A stretch of DNA of 64,000 bases from Candidatus Omnitrophota bacterium (GTDB lineage Bacteria; Omnitrophota; Omnitrophia; Omnitrophales; Aquincolibacteriaceae): positions 12,284-76,283 of the forward strand of contig JAYTHE010000006.1 in the NCBI GenBank assembly GCA_043732705.1, in the 5' to 3' direction. Below the pieces are notes generated by a model. It was not told where the DNA came from. It did not search any database and saw only the letters and a program-made list of their open reading frames with translations. A program made the translations under genes and the position numbers. Positions 57,984 through 64,000 of the stretch are shown here, in pieces (the stretch's first letter is position 1; every line of letters starts with the position of its first letter).

Positions 57984-58406
57984 ATGGAATATTTTGATTA
58001 TCACACCCGCGTGATTTACCGCGATACCGACAAAATGGGTATCAGTTATTACGCTAACTATTTTGTTTGGTTTGAGGCTGCACGCACCGAATATTTCCGG
58101 GCTTTGGGATTGCCCTATACAGAATGCGAAAAAAAGGGTATTTTCCTGCCTGTGATCGAAGCGAATGCCAAATATATCGCGCCCTCGACTTACGATGACA
58201 AATTAATCGTTAGAACAAGCGTCAGTAAATTTACACCGAGCACAATCCGTTTCGAATATTTGGTTGTCAACGCCGCGACTGAAAAAATTCTGACGCAAGG
58301 TTTTACGGTACATGTTTTTGTTGATCGAGAAATGAATCCCTGCCGCGTTCCCCACGAAGTCGAATCAATCGTAGAGATTTATTCGCTGTTTGATTCCAAA
58401 AAATAA
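57984..58406 (+). CDS. YbgC/4HBT-family acyl-CoA thioesterase
   Basis: YYANYFVWFEAARTEYF hot-dog fold signature; start placed at MEYFDY ATG. Confidence 0.7.
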   Translation: MEYFDYHTRVIYRDTDKMGISYYANYFVWFEAARTEYFRALGLPYTECEKKGIFLPVIEANAKYIAPSTYDDKLIVRTSVSKFTPSTIRFEYLVVNAATEKILTQGFTVHVFVDREMNPCRVPHEVESIVEIYSLFDSKK

Positions 58407-58699
58407 ATTCTGCGTTGCAATTTTTAGAATGATGTTGCGGTTGAGCGAAGCTCAGAGCAAAAAAATATCTCAGAGAAATCACAGAAAAATTTTGACTGTG
58501 TGCCCGCACGGTGTTAAAGTAGCCGCGCTTCGAAAGACCTTGTCCCACGGGCTTTTCCGCGGGATACTATTTATTCTGCTCCGAGCTTTGCTTAACCGCA
58601 AAGTAATGGCTTAGCATGGACGAAGCGAATTGAAATTCAAAAGCGGGACGATGTTTGTTGCGCTCTGAGCCGCGGCTCAATCGCAAAACAAAAGGAAAG

Positions 58700-59710
58700 A
58701 TGGCTGGAACCGAACGAGTGACTGTTTTGGGGGATGGAGGATGGGGGACAGCGCTTGCGCTTGTGAACGCGCGGCGCGGAAATGATGTCCTGCTATGGTC
58801 CGCTTTCCCCGAATATGCCGCGCAAATGAAAGAGCGCCGTGAAAATTTTAAATTTCTTCCCGATGTACCGCTTCCGAAAAATATTCATATTACTTCTGAC
58901 TTGAATGAAGCGCTGCTTTTCGCCGAAATCGTTATTTTAGCTATTCCGACGCAATTTATGCGTAGTGTTCTTCAAAAAGTGCGGCCGCTCGTGCGCGGAA
59001 AAAAGATTTTTGTCAGTGTTGCCAAGGGCATTGAAAAACAAACCTGTATGCGACCCTCGCAGATCGTTTCAGCCGAATTGGGCGATGTTCCGCTTGTCAT
59101 TTTAAGCGGTCCTTCGCATGCCGAAGAGGTTTCGCGCGGTATTCCGACTCTGGTTGTGGCGGCTTCCAAAAAAGTGGAATACGCGAATAAGATTCAAGAG
59201 ACGTTTAAAGACAAATTTTTCCGTATTTATGTTCAGCATGATTGGGCCGGTGTAGAGTTGGGTGGCGCTTTGAAAAATGTCGTTGCTGTCGCGGCGGGAG
59301 TTTGTGACGGCCTTGGCTTTGGAGATAACACGAAATCAGGCCTTTTAACCCGCGGCCTTTTTGAAATGAGCCGTATGGGCGTAAAAATGGGTGCGAATCC
59401 GACAACTTTTTTTGGACTTTCGGGCGCGGGCGATTTAATGACGACTTGCTTCTCAAATCATGGACGTAATTTAAAAGTCGGCCGCGAATTAGGTAAGGGC
59501 CGTAAGATCAAAGAAATTTTAGATGAAATGGAAATGGTCGCGGAAGGCGTTGCGTCCGCGGAGGCTGTGCATGAACTTTGCCAACGCGAAGGCATTTCTC
59601 TTCCGATCATGGAAGAGGTTTATAATATTCTTTGTAAGGATAAAGATCCCAAACAAGCGGTTTCCGACTTACTGAGCCGTGACGCATACGAAGAGTGGAA
59701 ACAGTACTAA
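58700..59710 (+). CDS. gpsA: NAD(P)H-dependent glycerol-3-phosphate dehydrogenase
   Basis: VTVLGDGGWGTALA Rossmann motif, GpsA C-terminal domain; RBS AAGGAAA. Confidence 0.85.
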   Translation: MAGTERVTVLGDGGWGTALALVNARRGNDVLLWSAFPEYAAQMKERRENFKFLPDVPLPKNIHITSDLNEALLFAEIVILAIPTQFMRSVLQKVRPLVRGKKIFVSVAKGIEKQTCMRPSQIVSAELGDVPLVILSGPSHAEEVSRGIPTLVVAASKKVEYANKIQETFKDKFFRIYVQHDWAGVELGGALKNVVAVAAGVCDGLGFGDNTKSGLLTRGLFEMSRMGVKMGANPTTFFGLSGAGDLMTTCFSNHGRNLKVGRELGKGRKIKEILDEMEMVAEGVASAEAVHELCQREGISLPIMEEVYNILCKDKDPKQAVSDLLSRDAYEEWKQY

Positions 59711-59717
59711 TGGTCCC

Positions 59718-59814
59718 TGAAAAACTCTCATCTGCTGCGTTGCAAGCAGCGCTTCTTTGTGCGGCGTATTTCCGTATACGCCTCCGCAGTCGCTCGCTTG
59801 CGCCTTGCATCTAA
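59718..59814 (+). repeat. family-B repeat copy after the gpsA stop
   Basis: Aligned by eye with 17086 and 27694 copies. Confidence 0.6.
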
Positions 59815-59913
59815 GAATTTTTGAGTGACCATTTAAAAGATTTTTTCGAACAACAACAAAGTCAGACGATGTTAATAAATAGCTTCGTTTGGTTTTTATA
59901 ACAGGAGCATCAA

Positions 59914-60186
59914 GTGAATAAAGCAGAACTTACGCAAGCAGTTGCGTTGAAGACAAAATTATCTAAAGCTAAGGCAGCAGAAGCGCTTAACGCCGCTTTT
60001 GATACCATTCAAGCTTCCCTCAAAAAGGGTAAGAATGTTGCTTTGATCGGTTTCGGAACTTTCAAAGTTCGCAGCCGCAAAGCACGCACAGGCCGCAATC
60101 CTCAGACCGGCGCTGCGCTTAAGATCAAAGCTTGCAAGGTTCCTGCTTTTTCCGCTGGTAAAGCGTTGAAGAAAGCTGTTAACTAA
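59914..60186 (+). CDS. hup: DNA-binding protein HU
   Basis: MNKAELT...GFGTFKVRSRKARTGRNPQTG HU/IHF signature; GTG start with AGGAG. Confidence 0.85.
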   Translation: MNKAELTQAVALKTKLSKAKAAEALNAAFDTIQASLKKGKNVALIGFGTFKVRSRKARTGRNPQTGAALKIKACKVPAFSAGKALKKAVN

Positions 60187-60202
60187 GCTTTTCTGATTTA
60201 AG

Positions 60203-60237
60203 AGCCGCGCGCGGGAAACCGTGCGCGGCTTTTCTTT
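60203..60237 (+). terminator. rho-independent terminator after the HU gene (AGCCGCGCGC...GTGCGCGGCT + T-run)
   Basis: 10-bp stem with one mismatch, 8-nt loop, TTTTCTTTT tail. Confidence 0.6.
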
Positions 60238-60284
60238 TGCTGTTTTTTTAGGTTCTGAGCTGTGCTCAACCGTATTAATTATTT

Positions 60285-60743
60285 ATGAAAATTATTTTTG
60301 GATTAGGCTGGGCAGAGGGCCGCGTTAAAAACCATCTCAGGGCTTTTAAAGATCAATCCGCCGCTGAATTATTCGAAAAATACCGCGAGCGAATCGCGCA
60401 TGATTTTGGCTGCGGAGCCATGCCGATGCCCTTTGAAGATTTAAAAAAGCAAAGTGGGCTCATTTGGATCTGTGAACGTTCAAAAAAAAGCAAAATGCTT
60501 GCGAGCGAAGAGTTGTCCGCCCGCTTTCAAAAAATTTGTGATTCCGGAACTAAGAGTTTAACTATTTGGATCGGCGGTCCCGACGGGCTTACTCCTGAAC
60601 AGATAAACACGGTTCAAACAGATTTAATCTGGTCTTTTGGCCCGATGACTTTACCGCATGAGCTGGCTTCGGTGGTTGCGGCTGAACAGCTTTATCGCGC
60701 TGTTTCCATTCTCAAAAACCACCCCTACCACACGGGACATTAG
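60285..60743 (+). CDS. rlmH: 23S rRNA (pseudouridine1915-N3)-methyltransferase RlmH (SPOUT)
   Basis: C-terminus IGGPDGL...LPHELA...YRA.SI..NHPYH matches RlmH. Confidence 0.75.
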   Translation: MKIIFGLGWAEGRVKNHLRAFKDQSAAELFEKYRERIAHDFGCGAMPMPFEDLKKQSGLIWICERSKKSKMLASEELSARFQKICDSGTKSLTIWIGGPDGLTPEQINTVQTDLIWSFGPMTLPHELASVVAAEQLYRAVSILKNHPYHTGH

Positions 60744-60789
60744 GTATTTTTAAAGCCTGAAGCGCGTTAAAGGGCTGCCTGTTTAAGTT

Positions 60790-60817
60790 TTGGAACAGGG
60801 TCTAATTATGATATACT
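60790..60817 (+). promoter_or_regulatory. promoter TTGGAA-N16-TGATATACT directly upstream of tRNA-Pro
   Basis: -35-like and extended -10 read from sequence, ~14 nt before the mature tRNA 5' end. Confidence 0.45.
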
Positions 60818-60830
60818 CTCGGCCTATCAT

Positions 60831-60905
60831 CGGGACGTAGCGCAGACTGGCTAGCGCACACGCTTGGGGTGCGTGAGGTCGCAGGTTCAAATCCTGTCGT
60901 CCCGA
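60831..60905 (+). tRNA. tRNA-Pro (anticodon GGG)
   Basis: Hand-folded: acceptor CGGGACG/CGTCCCG, D-arm GCGC..GCGC, anticodon stem CACGC/GCGTG loop UUGGGGU, T-arm GCAGG-TTCAAAT-CCTGT, discriminator A. Confidence 0.8.
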
Positions 60906-61179
60906 AATTACTTCGCTTAATCAAATCACTCCTCGCTTCTCTGCGAAACTCATTTTAAATGAGGAATGATTTGACAACGCTTCGTTAGGCTTTGCTCTGC
61001 GCCTTTGGCACATCGCATGTTGGAATTTTGCTAGGCGCAAAATGGGCCGAAAAATACTTTTTTGCAGGTTCGTTCAGTCTTAAAGCCACTTTAAAAAGCA
61101 CTCTTCCAGGCTTGTTTCACAGCTCTCAAAAAGGTATATTAAGTCGGTTTTCAATACATTAAAAGGGAGCCCCCACCTT

Positions 61180-61944
61180 ATGCGGAAATTAGCCATTATC
61201 AGCCTCATTTATGCGTCTTTGCTTGTGACGACGGCAGCCTCTGCCAAACTGAGCTGGTTTAAATCACAGCCCAGGGCCAAAGAAGAAACGGCTCAAGCCA
61301 AAAATATTCCCACCACGGCTCCGCAAGTACCGGCACCGCCTGTTAACCTTCTGCCTGGGCCTGTTCCGGTTCCACCTCTATCGGCGCCGCTTGCTGCTTC
61401 CGCACCCGTTTCAAAGTTAGCCGATGCAAGCGAACTTGTTATCGCTGATTTTGATACCGGAGATAAACCGAATAATCTCGGCGGTGATTTTGGTGCTTGG
61501 AATAAAGACCCGGATGATTCAACGCAGCGCTGCAATGTTTCCTTTGAACCGGATGATGCTTTGAAAGATCCCGCTGGTTATGCCCTTAAAATGGATTATG
61601 ATGTGGATTCTCCGAATCCGGCGTATAACGGCGTTTGGATGAAGCTGAACGGTCAAAATGCTTCCGATTACAAGGCAATCAGTTTTTATGCGCGCGGCGA
61701 AGGTCTGAATAACTATACAAAACGTATTAAATTGGAACTGAAAGATTCCGCAATGAATTCTTCACCGTATATTGTGAGCGGTATTACCGAGACCTGGCAA
61801 AAAATAGAAGTGCCGTTTGATCGTTTTAAAAAAGTTAAAGATTGGTCTTCACTTGGGGAATTTGTGATTGTATTTGATGACCGGAATTCAAACCCTAAGC
61901 AAGGAACCATTTTAATTGATCAAATTACTTTTGAAAAAAAGTAA
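61180..61944 (+). CDS. secreted protein with Pro-rich linker and putative CBM-like beta-sandwich domain
   Basis: Signal peptide MRKLAIISLIYASLLVTTAASA; P-rich segment; C-terminal domain of beta-sandwich character. Confidence 0.4.
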   Translation: MRKLAIISLIYASLLVTTAASAKLSWFKSQPRAKEETAQAKNIPTTAPQVPAPPVNLLPGPVPVPPLSAPLAASAPVSKLADASELVIADFDTGDKPNNLGGDFGAWNKDPDDSTQRCNVSFEPDDALKDPAGYALKMDYDVDSPNPAYNGVWMKLNGQNASDYKAISFYARGEGLNNYTKRIKLELKDSAMNSSPYIVSGITETWQKIEVPFDRFKKVKDWSSLGEFVIVFDDRNSNPKQGTILIDQITFEKK

Positions 61945-62004
61945 ATAACTGAAAAAATCCATAAAGCGGCGAGCAGGCTTCGGCTCGCCACTTTTTAATA
62001 ACCT

Positions 62005-62799
62005 ATGAATATTTTCATTTTTGCTTTTTTAGCGCTGGGGTTGATCCAAACGCTGGCCTTTTTGGTATGGCTCGCCGCGTATAAAATTCAAAAAACATCC
62101 ATTGTGGATATTTTTTGGAGTTTGTTTATTCTTTCCGCTGTGATTTTTTATTTTTATTTCTCAAGTCCACATGCCGCATTTCATGTTTTTTGCCTCGGAC
62201 TTGTTTCTTTTTGGGCGGTCCGTCTTTCGCTTCATATTTATTTTCGCGGCCGCGGCCAGGGTGAAGATCCGCGCTATCAAGCCCTTCGTGCTCAGTGGGG
62301 AAGCCGGGAAAAACAAAAAATGCTTATTTTCTTTTTTCAGCAAGGGTTTGCGGCCTGGGTTTTTTCAATTCCATTCTTGATTTTATTTCTAAGCCGTCGC
62401 TCCATTTTTGGGGTTTGGGAAGCCATCGGTGTATTGATTTGGATTGCCGCTTTTAACGGAGAAGCTATTTCAGACGCGCAATTACTGACATTTAAAAAGG
62501 ACCCTCAAAACAAGGGACATGTTTGTCGCGTGGGGTTTTGGAAATATTCCCGCCATCCTAATTACTTCTTTGAGTGGCTTAATTGGATTGCCTATGCTTG
62601 GATTGCCATGCCGCATCATTATGGCGAATTGGCTTTGGTTTGTCCTATGCTCATGTATTATTTTCTGAATAAAGTCAGCGGTGTTCCTCTCGCTGAAAAG
62701 CAGTCTTTAAAAAGCCGCTCTGGGGAGTATGCAGAGTATCAACGCATAACCCCGCCCTTTTTCCCCTGGCTGCCTAAGAAGTCAGATATGCTCCGATGA
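62005..62799 (+). CDS. DUF1295 / ICMT-PEMT-like integral membrane methyltransferase-family protein
   Basis: RHPNYFFEWLNWIAYAWI motif typical of DUF1295/steroid-reductase-like membrane proteins. Confidence 0.6.
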   Translation: MNIFIFAFLALGLIQTLAFLVWLAAYKIQKTSIVDIFWSLFILSAVIFYFYFSSPHAAFHVFCLGLVSFWAVRLSLHIYFRGRGQGEDPRYQALRAQWGSREKQKMLIFFFQQGFAAWVFSIPFLILFLSRRSIFGVWEAIGVLIWIAAFNGEAISDAQLLTFKKDPQNKGHVCRVGFWKYSRHPNYFFEWLNWIAYAWIAMPHHYGELALVCPMLMYYFLNKVSGVPLAEKQSLKSRSGEYAEYQRITPPFFPWLPKKSDMLR

Positions 62800-63872
62800 G
62801 CTGTTTAGACTGGGCGATCGCAAAAGGCTATTTGCCCGACTCTGTCCTCCGAGCGGGTATCCGCTGGCAGTTAAAAAACCGGCTTAATCAACTCGACCGC
62901 TCTGCCGAAAAAGGTTTTCAGAGAAAATGGATTGAACAGCTGAAGCAAAGTCCGATTGCGATCATGACCGCCGCCGCGAATGAGCAGCATTATGAAGTTC
63001 CGTCTGAGTTCTTTTGCCAGGTGCTTGGACGGCACATGAAATACAGTTCTGGAAATTGGGCTGTACATGACGCGGACTTGGATGCCTCGGAAGAAGCCAT
63101 GCTGCGCCTCACGATACAGCGTGCTGAAATTATGGACGGTCAGCATATTCTTGAGTTGGGCTGCGGCTGGGGTTCGCTTAGTTTAGAAATGGCGCGTAAA
63201 TTTTCACGATCGCAAATTACCGCGGTTTCAAACTCTCACACTCAGAAAACATGGATTGATCAAGCTGCGGCAAATGAAGGGCTGACCAATCTGCATGTTA
63301 TTACCGCCAATATTGAAAATTTTGATCCAGGGGCGCAATTTGATCGGATTGTATCGGTGGAAATGTTTGAGCATTTACGGAATTACGAATTACTTTTTGA
63401 AAGGATATTTAATTGGCTTAAGCCTGACGGAAAAATGTTCGCGCATATTTTTTGTCATCGTGAATATTCTTATCCGTTTGATCCGGACCCATCATCCTGG
63501 ATGGCAACTTACTTTTTCAGTGGAGGGATTATGCCTTCCGAAAATCTTTTTCGGCATTTTGATAAAGATTTACGTGTAACCAAAACTTGGAAGGTTTCCG
63601 GGTTTCATTATCACCGTACTTGCGAGGCTTGGCTGAAGCGCGCCGACGCGCGTAAAGAATCAATTTTAGAGCTATTTGGCCAAACTTACGGCGAGGCTCA
63701 GGCGCTTAAATGGTTTAACTACTGGCGTGTATTTTTCTTAGCTTGCTCGGAACTATTTCGTTTTAATCAGGGGAATGAATGGTACGTTTCTCATTATCTT
63801 TTTGAGCCACAAGCTCAAAAAGAAGTTAATTATGAGTTAACGACCGGCATGGAGGCGGGCACCGCCTCTTGA
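62796..63872 (+). CDS. cyclopropane-fatty-acyl-phospholipid synthase-family SAM-dependent methyltransferase
   Basis: ILELGCGWGSLSLEMA SAM motif and CFA-synthase family length; start overlaps DUF1295 stop (ATGA). Confidence 0.75.
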   Translation: MSCLDWAIAKGYLPDSVLRAGIRWQLKNRLNQLDRSAEKGFQRKWIEQLKQSPIAIMTAAANEQHYEVPSEFFCQVLGRHMKYSSGNWAVHDADLDASEEAMLRLTIQRAEIMDGQHILELGCGWGSLSLEMARKFSRSQITAVSNSHTQKTWIDQAAANEGLTNLHVITANIENFDPGAQFDRIVSVEMFEHLRNYELLFERIFNWLKPDGKMFAHIFCHREYSYPFDPDPSSWMATYFFSGGIMPSENLFRHFDKDLRVTKTWKVSGFHYHRTCEAWLKRADARKESILELFGQTYGEAQALKWFNYWRVFFLACSELFRFNQGNEWYVSHYLFEPQAQKEVNYELTTGMEAGTAS

Positions 63873-64000
63873 TTTGTCGCTGTATCTTCAGAAGACGGCA
63901 CCTTTTTCTTGCCCTGCTCGCGCGCCGCTTGATCTTTCATCGAAGTTTCTAAAACACCTTCGCCCATATTGGGAAAATCAACCGGAATTGGAAATGTCAC

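Noticed and set aside
1-64000. CRISPR array or cas genes
   Set aside because: No series of regularly spaced 25-40-nt direct repeats with unique spacers was seen. The repeats present are dispersed single or tandem copies without spacer structure.
63836-64000. Minus-strand partial ORF entering from beyond the window end (…PNMGEGVLETSMKDQAAREQGKKKVPSSEDTATNQEAVPASMPVVNS) overlapping the CFA-synthase 3' end
   Set aside because: Only ~55 codons are visible and there is no recognisable domain. It could be a real convergent gene, but there is too little sequence to call it.

Overview
The window is a 64 kb, almost entirely plus-strand bacterial chromosomal segment of core housekeeping genes. No integrases, transposases, CRISPR arrays or rRNA genes are visible. 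In order it carries:

- a signalling cluster (FecR-like protein, DUF3307 membrane protein, GAF-PP2C phosphatase, CHASE2 class-III nucleotide cyclase)
- tRNA-Arg(CCG) plus a degenerate tRNA-like copy
- the conserved queA-tgt-yajC-secDF block
- recJ, rpmB on the minus strand, a CBM48 protein with glgA, thiG, leuB, asd, truA, rplM-rpsI
- an AsmA-like protein and rnc on the minus strand
- a complete arginine pathway (argC, argJ, argB, argD, argF, argG, argH) running into lysA, homospermidine synthase with an ODC-like decarboxylase, and dapF, dapA, dapB
- an outer-membrane locus with a 570-aa and a giant 1589-aa β-barrel-type protein and a lipoprotein
- uvrA
- an FtsH-like protease with a partner lipoprotein directly upstream of a frameshifted hrcA, then grpE and dnaJ
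- a ybgC-like thioesterase, gpsA, HU, rlmH, tRNA-Pro(GGG), and a DUF1295/CFA-synthase-like lipid-modification gene pair

The most unusual content is in the spacers rather than the genes. At least five families of short dispersed, mostly palindromic intergenic repeats recur across the window. One ~110-nt family sits flush against start codons with possible ATGAA target-site duplications. One ~100-nt family sits immediately after stop codons. One ~30-nt hairpin family has ten or more copies, one of them in-frame inside uvrA. Other points worth a second look are a 7-nt periodic GAGAC/GTCTC inverted array, the frameshifted hrcA beside an atypical FtsH paralog, and the giant multidomain outer-membrane protein.
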